Positions 8,416-20,100 of a DNA stretch of 64,000 bases are shown here, in pieces; positions within the stretch are counted from its first letter, which is position 1, and the number at the start of each line of letters is the position of its first letter. Below the pieces are notes generated by a model. It had not been told where the DNA came from. It ran no database searches and was given only the letters and a program-made list of their open reading frames with translations. This stretch comes from Bacteroidota bacterium (GTDB taxonomy: Bacteria; Bacteroidota; Bacteroidia; Bacteroidales; FEN-979). Made by a program: the position numbers and the translations under genes. Where the stretch lies: NCBI GenBank assembly GCA_026391835.1, contig JAPLDF010000006.1, positions 4,773-68,772 of the forward strand. The letters run 5' to 3'.

Positions 8416-11070
8416 ATGAAAACACGATTGCTTTTTTACCTGCTGCTGTTCTCGGTCCCATGCCGGATTTTTGCCCAGGGAAGCTGGAACCCGACGGGTT
8501 TTGATCCTTCATACCCAAGGACATTGCTCGACAGCACCGCCATTCCAGTCATCAGGGCATCGCTGGACAATCCGGACCACCTTACTTTATATGGCAACAC
8601 CTGGCTGAATGCCAATTCGGCCATTCCTCCGGGAAATTCAACCATCGAAGAACGGTCGGCGCGTGCCATGATCGCACGGGATGCGGCATTTGTTTACCTC
8701 ATGGACAGGAAGTTTTCGGCCAACACCATTATTCCCTTGTCGCAGGGCGCCCGTGATTCGCTGCTTACCAGGGTACTGGGGCTCCTGGCACAAATGAACA
8801 CCGACGTGGATGTTGGATCCGGCTGGACCTTTTACAATCCATGGCAACATCGTTCAAAAGAACTCATATCATTCCTCATAGCCCATGATTTGCTGAAAGG
8901 TGCCGGAGTGGCGCAAACATTGCTGGAAACCTCAAAATCCAACATACTCACATTTACTGCCAACCTTTACCAGAAGTCAATGGCAACCTATGTGGTTTAC
9001 CTCTTCTTCACGATGAAGTTTTTCACGTTCCAGGTTAACAACCACAGCATCATGACTGCTTCGGCTTTGGGACTGGCAGCCGTGGTGTTCAATGATTATT
9101 CAAGCACCAACGTAAATTACCAGCCCCAGAACTGGATCAATGCGGGGCTATATAACCTTGACAATACTTTGTGGAGGGAAAATGGCACTTATCCCCGCGT
9201 TTCGGAACCTGACACACTGGCGGGTTACGCCGAAGGCCCTAACTACTTCAAATATGCTTTTGAAAATGCTTTCCCGTTTATCCGTTCCATGGGAAATTTC
9301 CTGCCTGACGGAAACTATTCGGCCACCTTTAACAATACCACCCGGAGCATCAGGAATCCCTGGTTTGATCCAAGATACGACCGGTTATACGACTGGATGA
9401 ACAAGATCCGCCTGCCCGATGGAAGCTGCCCGGCCATCCACGACTGCGCTATGTTTTTCGGAACGGGCATCATGGCCCTTTCGGGAAAGCCGCAATTCAA
9501 CTGGCCCAATCCGGTTTATCCGCCTGATGATCCCGCCATACGGACACAATATATCGCCACCAATGTAACCCATGCTGCCATTGCCGACAGTCCCTTCCAG
9601 TCATTGCCGGCGGCCGGGAGCCTGGTTTTCAGGTCATCCTGGGAACCTTCCGCGGTATACATGCATTTTATCGGCAAACACGGCATTGCGCTAACAGGAG
9701 CAAAAGCCCACCACCAGGGTGATGCCACAGCGTTTTCGCTGATGGCGTATGGCGAACTCCTTGCCATTGATCCCGGGTATCCGGGCGCTTCGGTGGCCGA
9801 AATTGAAAACAAAGCCATCGACCACAGCCTGATCCTTGTCAACGGTACCGGGCCGTTGCCCCCTACCGGGGAGTCCGTCAGCACCTCAACGAATACGGCA
9901 TATATCGAACATTCTTTCGATACCCCCTTTCTCGATTATGGTGAGGTGAGGGTTTCATACCAGGGGGCCGACATCATCCGGAAGAACCTGTTTGTCAGGA
10001 ATAAATATTTTCTTCTTTCCGACTTTGTGTCGTCTGCCACGGCAAAAAACTTTACGTTTCAACTGCATGGGAATGGATTATACGGAGGCACACCTGCTTC
10101 ATTAACAGGGGCTTTCGTTCCCGGTTTCAGCAACGGCCGGGGCACCTATACGAGAAATGAGGTGTCGTTGCTGGCCCAGGTAAACGTTCCTGGAAATGCT
10201 TCAGGATATTCGTATGAGCAGGACAGCATGGCCATCTTCGGGAGTTACAGGAAATATTCGAAGATACTGGTACAAAAAAACAACACTACGGGAACCCTGT
10301 TTCTCTCCACGCTGTTTCCCTACACAACACCTCCCCCGGATGTTGCACAGGCGAGTCAAAGCACCGCAGCCACTTCAGTCAGGATACTTGCGGATAATTC
10401 AAGGGATCTCATTTTCTGCTCACCAGGAGGGATCCTTTATACGGTTTCTGCAGACTCCTCGGGCCTGAACATACCGGTGAAAGGCAACGGAAAAATCAAC
10501 TTCCTGTCAGAAACAACCGACGGCATCTTTACCTCCGCTTTTCTTCAAAACGGGGACAGTCTTGTAGCCGGAACTCAAACCATCATCCGGACCGGTAAAA
10601 AAACAGATGTTGCCTGGATGAAAATAGATTCTGACCTATCCGGGGGGTATGTTTCAGATTTCGGCACCATCCAGCTTTTTTCCGGCAGGGCGGTTCAACT
10701 GCTTACAGGGCCCGTCTCGGCCATTTCAAATGACACTGTAAATCATCTTGCTGCGGTTACGTTCACCGGCAAAGGGAATTTTATTTTCGGACCGGCAGAT
10801 CTGACATGGGTATGGAATGGCCAGGCAAACGAGGATTGGCATAACCCGGCAAACTGGCATATGCTCAATCATACATCTTTCAGCGGGGTGCCTGTTGCAA
10901 CAAACAACGTCATAATCCCGTCGGGAGTGCCGCACATGCCGGTCATTTCTTCGGTAAACCCTGCCATCTGTCACAACCTGACTATCCGCCCTGAAGCTTC
11001 CTTAACGGTCGGTTCACTGAAATTCCTGACCATTGAAGGAACAATGACGATTGAGGACAACCTCCCTTAA
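8416..11070 (+). CDS. Secreted heparinase II/III-like (polysaccharide lyase-like) protein
   Basis: Signal peptide MKTRLLFYLLLFSVPCRIFAQ. The central block HHQGDATAFSLMAYGELLAIDPGYPG resembles the heparinase II/III C-terminal domain signature. Family assignment is from memory. Confidence 0.55.
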   Translation: MKTRLLFYLLLFSVPCRIFAQGSWNPTGFDPSYPRTLLDSTAIPVIRASLDNPDHLTLYGNTWLNANSAIPPGNSTIEERSARAMIARDAAFVYLMDRKFSANTIIPLSQGARDSLLTRVLGLLAQMNTDVDVGSGWTFYNPWQHRSKELISFLIAHDLLKGAGVAQTLLETSKSNILTFTANLYQKSMATYVVYLFFTMKFFTFQVNNHSIMTASALGLAAVVFNDYSSTNVNYQPQNWINAGLYNLDNTLWRENGTYPRVSEPDTLAGYAEGPNYFKYAFENAFPFIRSMGNFLPDGNYSATFNNTTRSIRNPWFDPRYDRLYDWMNKIRLPDGSCPAIHDCAMFFGTGIMALSGKPQFNWPNPVYPPDDPAIRTQYIATNVTHAAIADSPFQSLPAAGSLVFRSSWEPSAVYMHFIGKHGIALTGAKAHHQGDATAFSLMAYGELLAIDPGYPGASVAEIENKAIDHSLILVNGTGPLPPTGESVSTSTNTAYIEHSFDTPFLDYGEVRVSYQGADIIRKNLFVRNKYFLLSDFVSSATAKNFTFQLHGNGLYGGTPASLTGAFVPGFSNGRGTYTRNEVSLLAQVNVPGNASGYSYEQDSMAIFGSYRKYSKILVQKNNTTGTLFLSTLFPYTTPPPDVAQASQSTAATSVRILADNSRDLIFCSPGGILYTVSADSSGLNIPVKGNGKINFLSETTDGIFTSAFLQNGDSLVAGTQTIIRTGKKTDVAWMKIDSDLSGGYVSDFGTIQLFSGRAVQLLTGPVSAISNDTVNHLAAVTFTGKGNFIFGPADLTWVWNGQANEDWHNPANWHMLNHTSFSGVPVATNNVIIPSGVPHMPVISSVNPAICHNLTIRPEASLTVGSLKFLTIEGTMTIEDNLP

Positions 11071-11097
11071 TTTGACTGAAAGATATTCGATGGAGGC

Positions 11098-11532
11098 TTA
11101 AAACGAGATCGTGTATTCATAGGTAACAGGACCGGGGTTGTCCTGGTTGGTTTCTGCCGTGGCTGGGGGCACCTCTTTTGATGTAACCGAATAGTTTATC
11201 TGAACTCCCGGTGGCAACTTGAAATGGATCGTAGTTTTAGTGGTCATCTTCACCCTGACGCCCCTGTTTTTAACCGTTTCAAAACGGAGCATGCCAACAA
11301 CCCGGAGCGCTTCTTCATCACACCCGTAACCGATCCCTTTTAACACCTTTGGATTGCGCACCATCCCGTTGTCGTGGATGTCGTATTCAACAACCACTGA
11401 ACCCTCCACCCTGGCATCACGCGCTTTGTCGGGATACTGCAGGTTTGCGGCGATAAACTCCCTGAAAGCGACGCTTCCACCGATATACCTGGGCAGTTTG
11501 AGGAAATGCTTTTTATTGTGGTGATCAGGCAT
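11098..11532 (-). CDS. TonB C-terminal-domain protein with no recognisable N-terminal membrane anchor
   Basis: FREFIAANLQYPDKARDARVEGSVVVEYDIHDNGMVRNPKVLKGIGYGCDEEALRVV matches the TonB_C fold pattern. Confidence 0.7.
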   Translation of the reverse strand: MPDHHNKKHFLKLPRYIGGSVAFREFIAANLQYPDKARDARVEGSVVVEYDIHDNGMVRNPKVLKGIGYGCDEEALRVVGMLRFETVKNRGVRVKMTTKTTIHFKLPPGVQINYSVTSKEVPPATAETNQDNPGPVTYEYTISF

Positions 11533-11932
11533 AGTTCAGGACAGGGTTACTTTTAATTGTTGAATAAATCATTGTAAAGGTAATAATTTTTATTGTGACT
11601 GTACCTCCTCTCCCGGGTCCCAGCACACAGAAAATGACGCAAACAGGTCATTGTGCACCTGTTTTTAAGTTTGTATTTTGCTCAAAATTCTACAGGTTAC
11701 TGCCTGCAAAAAAAATGTTGGCAGCTGTTACGGCATCCTGGTTATTTGACATAACATTTACAGATGTTATGCATATAAGTGCATATATAAGTGGACAACT
11801 TTTTTCATAATATTTTGAATATAATATTTATTTATTATATATCTTTACTCATTACAATAGTCTCTGATTTTTTCAAATATAGTGATATCCCGAATGAATA
11901 TTTCCAACCACTTAATTTAAAACCACTTAATT

Positions 11933-14900
11933 ATGAAAAATCATTTACATTTTCTGACAAACAAACTTTCAGGAAAAGTTTTGTTATTGGGAATCATCTC
12001 ATTTTTCACCGTGGGCCTTGAAACACTGAACGCCCAGGTCAACTTCACCCAAACACTCAATACCGATTTCAATAAAGGCGTGTTGAACAATGTAGTTGTT
12101 GCAAGCGACAATGTTTCGCTGCAATTTGCAGCAAACGAAGTGGGCTCGTGGCTTACGACCACCGTTCTTCCCCAAACCCTGACGGGGCACCGCACTGTTT
12201 CGTGGAATGACAGGTATGCTTACATGATAGGCGGTTATAATAATTTAAATTATGTCAATACCGTTTATGTTGCGACAATTCAATCAGGCGGGATCACCTC
12301 ATGGACATCCCTGAATCCATTGCCCGTAGCTTTGCGTGACCCGGCAGTCGTTATCGGGACGAATACAATTTATGTCATGGGAGGCCGTGACGGATCCCAG
12401 GTTTACAATACCATTTATTATGCAGCCCTCAACACAGACGGTACGATCGGGGCCTGGCAGACTTCAGCCGTAACCCTCCCGGCAAATCTCTGGGGGCACA
12501 CGGCAACCTACCTGATGGGTTACATTTATGTGATCGGCGGCTCCAGTTCAATGACTGAGAACACCGCATTGAATACAGTCTACTATGCCAAGGTCAATGC
12601 ATTGAACACCCTGTCGGCCTTTACCTCCGGTACGATGCTGGCGGCCCGGAACCGGCACAGCACCCTAACCTATAACAGCAGACTCTATGTAATGGGCGGT
12701 TATGACAACTCCGGGAACAAATCAAACCTGGTTTATATGGCCACGCCGGGGTTAAACGGAACAATTTCAGACTGGTCAATGAACTCGGTTTTGCCACAAC
12801 CCATCAGCAACCACTCCTCTGCAGTTACAAATGGGATTATTTCGGTGATGGCAGGTGCTGAAGGCGCCACGCTGAGCAACAAAGTCTATTATGCAAACGC
12901 CGATGCCGTGGGAGCTTTATCCTGGCAGACCTCTGCCAACGTGATGTACGACTACACCAAAGATGGTTCTGCATTTACCGGGAACGGCCAGGTATACTAC
13001 ACCGGAGGTCTGAATCTTTCAGGAACCCCCATCATCAACTGCAGGTTTGCAAACATGGCTTTGACAGCCAATTACATATCCCATGGCGTCTTCGTTTCGA
13101 ATCCTTTTTACGAGTTGGGCGCCGAGCGTTTGATCAACCAGATCGCATTCAACAAAACAGCAACGTTACCGGCAAAAGTGGAGGTCAACTACCGGACTGC
13201 CGGAAGCGACGGAATCTGGAGTGACTGGACTGCACTTACCGCTATTTCCCCCATCCCGGTAACCCTTACCAAGCAGTACCTTCAGTACGCAGTCAACCTT
13301 TCAGGGTCGGCAACACTCAATGCATCATTGCTGGACATGACTTTAACCACCCCGGGAACACAGCTGACGGGAAATCTTAACGGCACCACCACATTTACAG
13401 CCGCACTCAGCCCTTACTGGGCAACTTCCGACATTTCATTTACAGCTGGTACACATACATTCCAGGCAGGTACAACCATCCTGTTCCTGCCCGGAACGGG
13501 GTTGACCGTAAGCCAGGCGAATGTGATCTGCAGCGGAACGCCCGCAGATTCAGTTAAATTCACCTATTTTACCAATGAAACCGGGCAATGGGACGGAATT
13601 TATTTTGACGACAACAGTGATAACGGTGTCTCCTCCCAGCTTAACTATACCGTGATCTCCAGTGCAGGGTTTGGAACCAACAATGCAAACCTTTCCTGTA
13701 ATAACACCAGCGAGCCGCTTCTTTCACATTGCACCATCCGCTATGCCTCCGGGAATGGAGTCAGCCTCAACTCGTCGCATCTTAATATCCAGAATTCAAG
13801 TATCAGGGCAAATACAGAAAACGGCCTCTACCTGAATCTGTCAAGCCCGACCCTGATAGCCTCATCACTCTCCTACAATGGCGGTGCTGGTGTATTTCTG
13901 ACCGGGACTGCTTCAAATCCCAATTTCAGCAGCGGCAGCACAACAATTGATCATAATACATACGCCATAAGATATCCGACACCCAACCTGACTTTTTATC
14001 AGCCAAGCGGCTCACCAGCATTAACCTTAAACACCTATAACGGAATTGCCATCGACGGCGGGGATATCTCTTCAAGCCAGCGCTGGAATTCGATCACCTA
14101 TGATTATATCCTGCTGGGTATAGTCAGAATCGGCATTTATGCGGGCGCAAACCGCCTGACCATTGAACCCGGGAACACCATCAAGGGACTTCCCGGTGTT
14201 CAGATTCAAATTGGCATTGGAGGTTCCTATGGTGGCGAACTGTATGCAATTGGAACCGCAGACAGTGCGATCACCTTCACGTCGCACAATGGCCTCGCAG
14301 GCGGGTGGAATGGAATATATTTTACCGACTACAGCGATAACTGGGGGGGCCATTCCCAGCTGGATTATTGTATTATTGAAAAAGGATATGACTATAACTA
14401 CTACTCCCTGAATACGGTACAGCCTGATCTGATCAACCATACCATTATCAGGAATTCATTCACTGATGGAGCGAGGTACAGCAATTCAACCGGCAGCATC
14501 ACCAATTGCCAGTTTCTCAACAATGGCAGGTATCCATTGTATTTCCTTAATCCTGAAGCCAACCCTGTGCATACAGCAAACACCTATACCGGCAATTCCA
14601 TCAACTATATTGCACTTTCTGGCGGAAATTACTCATTTGACAGGACCTATAATTATGATGGCATTCCATATTATGTACTGGATGATCTGATCATGGCCCA
14701 GTATGCCGGTAAAAGCAGATTGACCATTGATCCCGGGGTATCATTGGCGTTTGCAGTTGGAAAGAAGCTTCAACTTGGCGCTTCAAGTTCTTATGGGGGA
14801 GAACTTTATGCAGTAGGCACCCCAGGAAGCCAGATCACCTTCAGGGCATACAACACCACTTCAGGGGGCTGGGAAGGGATTCATTTTACCCAGTGGAATG

Positions 14901-17089
14901 ATGACTGGGGCGGTGTTTCCACCATGGAGTATTGTAAGGTTCGCCATGGAAATTCCCAAAATATTCTTATTGAAAGATCATCCCAGCCATCCATCAACAA
15001 CTGCACGATCCATCTGTCAGCAGGACAGGGAATCACCCTGTATCAATCAAGCCCAACAATTAAAAACACCCTGTTCACTTCAAACAACGGTTACCCTTTG
15101 AAATTTAACGACTGGACGTGCAACCCCTACCTGAGAACCAACACGTACACTTCAAATGTACCCAACTATATAGCCCTGTCAGGAGGCTCGTATGATGCAA
15201 ACCGAACCGTTTATTTCGATAATATTCCTTACCATGTACTGAGTGACATCGTGATGGCAGAATATGGCAGTCATTCAAGATTGACTGTACAGCCAGGTGT
15301 GACCATGGCCTTTGATCCGGGGGTTAAGATTCAGCTTGGATGGCCCAATTCATATGGGGGTGACCTTTGGGCCGAAGGGAAGGTTGACAGCCTTATCAAT
15401 TTCAAGCCCTATAACAATACCGCCGGAGGATGGGGAGGAATATATTTCTCCGACTGGAACGACAATTGGAGTGGAGCCTCATTGTTAAAATATTGTGTCA
15501 TCGAGAAAGGCGCCACGTACAATATCAATTGTGTGAATTCCGGCCAGCCAACACTTGACCATTGCACGATCACCCAGTCAACCGGTAACGGGTTAAACAT
15601 TTCCAGTTCCAGCCTCACCATTAAAAACTCCAGTTTCACCTACAACGCCAGCAATGGCATCTACCTCGACGGAACTGGAACCGCCACCCTCGGGAATGCC
15701 GATACATATACCTGCAACCTATACAACAACGGGACATACGAATTGTACAACAACTCAACTGCCGAAGTCAACGCAAGGTATAATTTCTGGAGGTCGGGCG
15801 ACTCAACCATGGTAGCATACAGGATTTACGACAAAGCTGACAACACTGCCAAAGGCAGGGTTAATTTCGGCCCTTTTGCACAGGTTCCCAGTTTATTTAC
15901 CACCAACACGGTACTGAGCGGTACCGTAAAATATGCAAATGCCGGCGCAAACCCGATAAAAAATGCAGCAATGGTTGTAAAGAACTTTGCCAATACCACG
16001 ATAGCCTCCACAACTACCAATATATCCGGGGTTTATACATTCCCTTCATTTGCTTCCGGCAACTACCGGATGACTGTCACTCCTTCGGCAGCATGGGGTG
16101 GTGTGAACTCTACCGATGCCCTGAACATTTTGAATCATTTTGCCCAGATCACGCCGCTAACCGGCATGAACCTGGCTGCAGCTGACGTCAATTTCAGTCA
16201 CAGTGCGAACGGAACCGATGCCCTTCTTGTAATGAAGCGTTATTCGGGGTTGATTACCTCGTTCCCTGCCGGCGATTATCTTTATAATTATGATACGCTG
16301 ATTATGAACGGAAGCAATGTGACAGGCAACCTGGAAATGATCTGTTTTGGAGATGTCAATTCATCCTATGCCCCTGCCAAAAAGAGCTCAGCTTCTGTCG
16401 GACTGGTTCATGAAGGCTCACTCCTTGTTGAATCATTTTCTGAATTTGATTTCCCGGTTAAGTTAAAATCGACAATGCAGATTGGTGCTATTTCACTTGG
16501 TTTCTATTACCCGGAAAAATACCTCGAAATTACCGGCGCACGCCTCGCCAATGGCACGTCGGGATTCTCATGGACTGCCATCAGCGGATTGTTCAGAATG
16601 GGATGGTGCGACATGAATGCAATAAACATCGACGACGATGATGTTGTTGTCATCCTGACGATGAAGGCAAAAGATTTGTCGGGACTCACCACGGGTATCG
16701 CGCTGGATATCTTTGAAGATTGCGAGTTTGCGGATGCGCTTGCCGTACCCAATGACATGGAAGTTGTTTCAATCCCAACGATCAATACAACACTCACCGG
16801 CATCAATCCGGGAAACGGACTCACAGGATTTTCCGTGTACCCAAACCCGGTCGATCAAAATTCGGTGATTGAGTTTTCGCTCGCTCAACCGGGAAAGATG
16901 AAAATTTCCCTGCTGAACATTGCCGGAACCCATGTCATGGACGTTTCAGCAGGTGACTTGCCGAAGGGCAATCATAAGGTTACACTAAATGCATCGGGCT
17001 TGAAACCAGGAATATATTTGTTAAAAATCGAAAACACCAGCAACGGACAAACACTTACCGGCATGATCAAGTTAGTGGTATCTAATTAA
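11933..17089 (+). CDS. Giant secreted T9SS cargo protein. Domain order: Kelch propeller, about 4 parallel beta-helix modules, CarboxypepD_reg-like, dockerin-like, cohesin-like, type A C-terminal sorting domain.
   Basis: It has a signal peptide. Kelch-like blades show as IGGYNN, VMGGRDG, VIGGSS and VMGGYDN. Repeated modules begin near 13440, 14030, 14580 and 15140. The dockerin-like stretch is GGVNSTDALNILNHF...DVNFSHSANGTDALLVMKRY. The C-terminus is VYPNPVDQNSVIEFSL...GIYLLKIEN. Confidence 0.85.
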   Translation: MKNHLHFLTNKLSGKVLLLGIISFFTVGLETLNAQVNFTQTLNTDFNKGVLNNVVVASDNVSLQFAANEVGSWLTTTVLPQTLTGHRTVSWNDRYAYMIGGYNNLNYVNTVYVATIQSGGITSWTSLNPLPVALRDPAVVIGTNTIYVMGGRDGSQVYNTIYYAALNTDGTIGAWQTSAVTLPANLWGHTATYLMGYIYVIGGSSSMTENTALNTVYYAKVNALNTLSAFTSGTMLAARNRHSTLTYNSRLYVMGGYDNSGNKSNLVYMATPGLNGTISDWSMNSVLPQPISNHSSAVTNGIISVMAGAEGATLSNKVYYANADAVGALSWQTSANVMYDYTKDGSAFTGNGQVYYTGGLNLSGTPIINCRFANMALTANYISHGVFVSNPFYELGAERLINQIAFNKTATLPAKVEVNYRTAGSDGIWSDWTALTAISPIPVTLTKQYLQYAVNLSGSATLNASLLDMTLTTPGTQLTGNLNGTTTFTAALSPYWATSDISFTAGTHTFQAGTTILFLPGTGLTVSQANVICSGTPADSVKFTYFTNETGQWDGIYFDDNSDNGVSSQLNYTVISSAGFGTNNANLSCNNTSEPLLSHCTIRYASGNGVSLNSSHLNIQNSSIRANTENGLYLNLSSPTLIASSLSYNGGAGVFLTGTASNPNFSSGSTTIDHNTYAIRYPTPNLTFYQPSGSPALTLNTYNGIAIDGGDISSSQRWNSITYDYILLGIVRIGIYAGANRLTIEPGNTIKGLPGVQIQIGIGGSYGGELYAIGTADSAITFTSHNGLAGGWNGIYFTDYSDNWGGHSQLDYCIIEKGYDYNYYSLNTVQPDLINHTIIRNSFTDGARYSNSTGSITNCQFLNNGRYPLYFLNPEANPVHTANTYTGNSINYIALSGGNYSFDRTYNYDGIPYYVLDDLIMAQYAGKSRLTIDPGVSLAFAVGKKLQLGASSSYGGELYAVGTPGSQITFRAYNTTSGGWEGIHFTQWNDDWGGVSTMEYCKVRHGNSQNILIERSSQPSINNCTIHLSAGQGITLYQSSPTIKNTLFTSNNGYPLKFNDWTCNPYLRTNTYTSNVPNYIALSGGSYDANRTVYFDNIPYHVLSDIVMAEYGSHSRLTVQPGVTMAFDPGVKIQLGWPNSYGGDLWAEGKVDSLINFKPYNNTAGGWGGIYFSDWNDNWSGASLLKYCVIEKGATYNINCVNSGQPTLDHCTITQSTGNGLNISSSSLTIKNSSFTYNASNGIYLDGTGTATLGNADTYTCNLYNNGTYELYNNSTAEVNARYNFWRSGDSTMVAYRIYDKADNTAKGRVNFGPFAQVPSLFTTNTVLSGTVKYANAGANPIKNAAMVVKNFANTTIASTTTNISGVYTFPSFASGNYRMTVTPSAAWGGVNSTDALNILNHFAQITPLTGMNLAAADVNFSHSANGTDALLVMKRYSGLITSFPAGDYLYNYDTLIMNGSNVTGNLEMICFGDVNSSYAPAKKSSASVGLVHEGSLLVESFSEFDFPVKLKSTMQIGAISLGFYYPEKYLEITGARLANGTSGFSWTAISGLFRMGWCDMNAINIDDDDVVVILTMKAKDLSGLTTGIALDIFEDCEFADALAVPNDMEVVSIPTINTTLTGINPGNGLTGFSVYPNPVDQNSVIEFSLAQPGKMKISLLNIAGTHVMDVSAGDLPKGNHKVTLNASGLKPGIYLLKIENTSNGQTLTGMIKLVVSN

Positions 17090-17102
17090 AAATCTCTGCG
17101 CT

Positions 17103-20100
17103 ATGAAGACACTGATTTTGAAAATACTACCACTGGTACTGATGATGATCTGGGCAGGTTCCGGCTTTGCTCAGATCACCACCACTGCCGGGACAGTTAC
17201 GAGTTGTCCCGGAGATATTGTGGTACCCGTAAACGTGACCAACTGCAATGGTATCGGCGCTATTTCGCTGATACTGAACTATGACAACACCAAACTGACC
17301 TACCTTGGTTACCAGAACCTGAACAATTCTCTCACTGTCGGGCTTCTTATCATCAATTCCACCGGGAATAAAGTTGTCATCAGTTGGGCCAATACCACCG
17401 CGGCGAATCTTGGAAGCAGCACACTGGTTGAATTAAGGTTTAACTCGGTGCCCGGTACGACTACCCTGTCATGGGACACCCAGACTGCCGGGAATTGCGA
17501 GTACAGCGATATCAACGGCAACATCCTGCCTGCTACTTTTACCAATGGAACGGCAACAATCAATCAACCACCCGTGATAAACACGCAGCCGGTTGATAAA
17601 ACCGTGCTGGTCGGGCAGAATACTTCTTTTTCCGTTTCAGCATCCGGAGCAGGAATTGCCTACCTGTGGCAGATCAGCACCAATGGCGGTGGATTATGGA
17701 CAGATCTTATCAACAATGCGACCTATTCAAATGTCACCGGCAGTACGCTGTACCTTACAAATGCCCTGATCACCTACAATGGATACAAGTACAGGTGCAG
17801 GCTTACCGGCACCTGTGCCCCTGTAGTTTATACAAATGAAGTCACACTCTCCGTCATTTATCCGGTAACGACAATCTTGCCAACAGCAAGTTTTTGTCCG
17901 GGGAATATCATTGTTCCGGTTACGGTAACGAATTTTACCGGTGTTGCGGCATTTTCGCTGACTTTTTCATATAATTCTTCCTGCCTTACTTACAATGGTT
18001 ATCAAACCCTGAACGGGGCACTTTCAGGAGGTACATTTGTGGCCAATGCTTCCGGCGGCAAGATATACATGACATGGTCATCCACAACTGCAGCCACTTT
18101 TGGCAACGGAACGCTGGTTGAACTTTTATTTTCGGCGGGCACAGGCAGCAGTCCCCTTGTATGGGACATAGCTACTGAGGGCAACTGTGAATATTCGACA
18201 CTCAGCGGATCGCTGATTACTTCGGTTTTTACAAACGGAAATGAAACTATTTATGGCTTGCCGGCTGTTACTTCAGATCCCGCTAACAAGATCATCGCAA
18301 AAGGGCAGAACACATCATTCAGCGTAACTGCCTCCGGTTCGGGTTTGTCTTATTTATGGCAGGTCAGCACCAATGGCGGAGCAAGTTTTACTGACCTGGT
18401 GAATGGCGGATACTATTCCAATGTAACAACCTCCACGCTCACCATCACTGCAGCGCAACTTGCCATCAGCGGGTATCAATATCGTTGCAGGGTTAGCGGG
18501 AATTGTTTGCCTGTGGTTTTTTCAAATCCGGCTGTTCTTACGGTTCTGCCGAATGTCATTACCACCTGCGGTAACATTACAGGATGCCCGGGACAAATCA
18601 TAGTTCCTATAAATGTGACTGATTTTATAGGTGTTGCTGCCTTTTCACTGACACTCAATTTCAACCCGGCAATCCTGGCATATACCGGCTATCAGAATTT
18701 AAATGCTTCAGTTTCAGGAGGCATCTTCACAGCAAATGCCTCGGCCGGATCGGTTTACCTGACGTGGTCCAACATAACGGCTGCAACAATTGCCAACGGG
18801 GGGCTTCTGACAGAACTGAAATTCGCCGGCGTACCCGGGGCAAGTACCCTGATCTGGGACACACAAACCACGGGAAATTGTGAATACAGTGATGTAAGCG
18901 GACAGGTGATCTTCTCCACCTGGACAAACGGAAATGCAACCATCAATACACCACCTGCAATCACAACTGATCCCCTGAACCGCACAATTTATGCCTCAGG
19001 GAGCACTTCATTTTCGGTTTCAGGAACCGGGACCGGACTGGGATACTTATGGCAGGTCAGTACCAATGGCGGAACGATATGGTCAAACCTTTCGAATGTC
19101 TCTCCCTATTCTGGCGCAGGCAGCAATACACTAACTATCAATCCTGCGTCCACCGGCATGAACGGGTATTTTTATCGTTGCATTGTTTCAGGAACCTGCA
19201 CACCTTCGGCTACATCAGATTCTGCCCTGCTTACAGTAACCCAGGCTGCGATCAGCACCACCCCCGGAACAATCACCAATTCCTGCACCGGCAATGTGAA
19301 TATACCGGTCAACGTGACCAATTGCAGCAACGTGGGCAGTATTTCCCTGACAATGGTCTTTGACACCACCAAGATGACTTTTGAAGGATATCACTCTGTA
19401 AATGCCGCACTTTCCGGGGGCTTGCTCGTTGTAAACCGGTCGGGCAACCAAGTCATTATGTCATGGGCAGGCACGACTACAATCAACATCGGGGCAGGCG
19501 TCCTGGTCCAGTACCGTTTCAAAGCCAATGCGGGAATTTCGACAACCCTCACATGGGATACCCAAACCCCCGGAGCCTGCGAATACGCTGACCCGTTGGG
19601 GACAATTATCACCTCCCTTTACAATACCAGCACGATCGGTATCCAGGCGAATGCCCTGATTGTTAATGCCGGTCCTGATGTTGTCATGAGCGGAAGTCAG
19701 GTACAACTCAACGGTGATGCAACCGGGGGAACAACCCCATACACCTGGTTATGGTCACCTGCAGGATCTTTAAGCAACCCTGCAATACCAAACCCTTTAG
19801 CCTCCCCTGCTGTAACCACCACATATACCCTCACAGTCACCACAAACAATGCCTGTGTGGGAAGCGATGTTATGAATGTTGTTGTTAACGGACCTCCACA
19901 GGATCTTTCGCTGCAGGATATCACCATTCCCGGCGGAACAAGCAACTGTTACAATGCACTGCAGACCATTACCGTTGCAGGCGGGTTGACCACATTCATC
20001 GTTCAGAATGGCGGGAGCGCCATCATGATCGCCGGCCAGAAGATCAGCTATCTCCCGGGAACGAAGGTCAACCCCGGAGGATACATGCACGGGTATATTA

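Noticed and set aside
11641-11668. A terminator-like hairpin AAACAGGT-N8-ACCTGTTT in the 400-bp AT-rich region upstream of the giant T9SS gene, possibly a small RNA
   Set aside because: No + strand gene lies upstream for it to terminate, the U tract is weak, and no promoter motif is evident. The evidence is insufficient.
11595-12021. Small ORFs of 71 and 76 aa in the intergenic region and overlapping the start of the giant gene
   Set aside because: They are low-complexity, AT-rich translations with no motifs. One overlaps the well-supported signal peptide of the 1718-aa protein in another frame.
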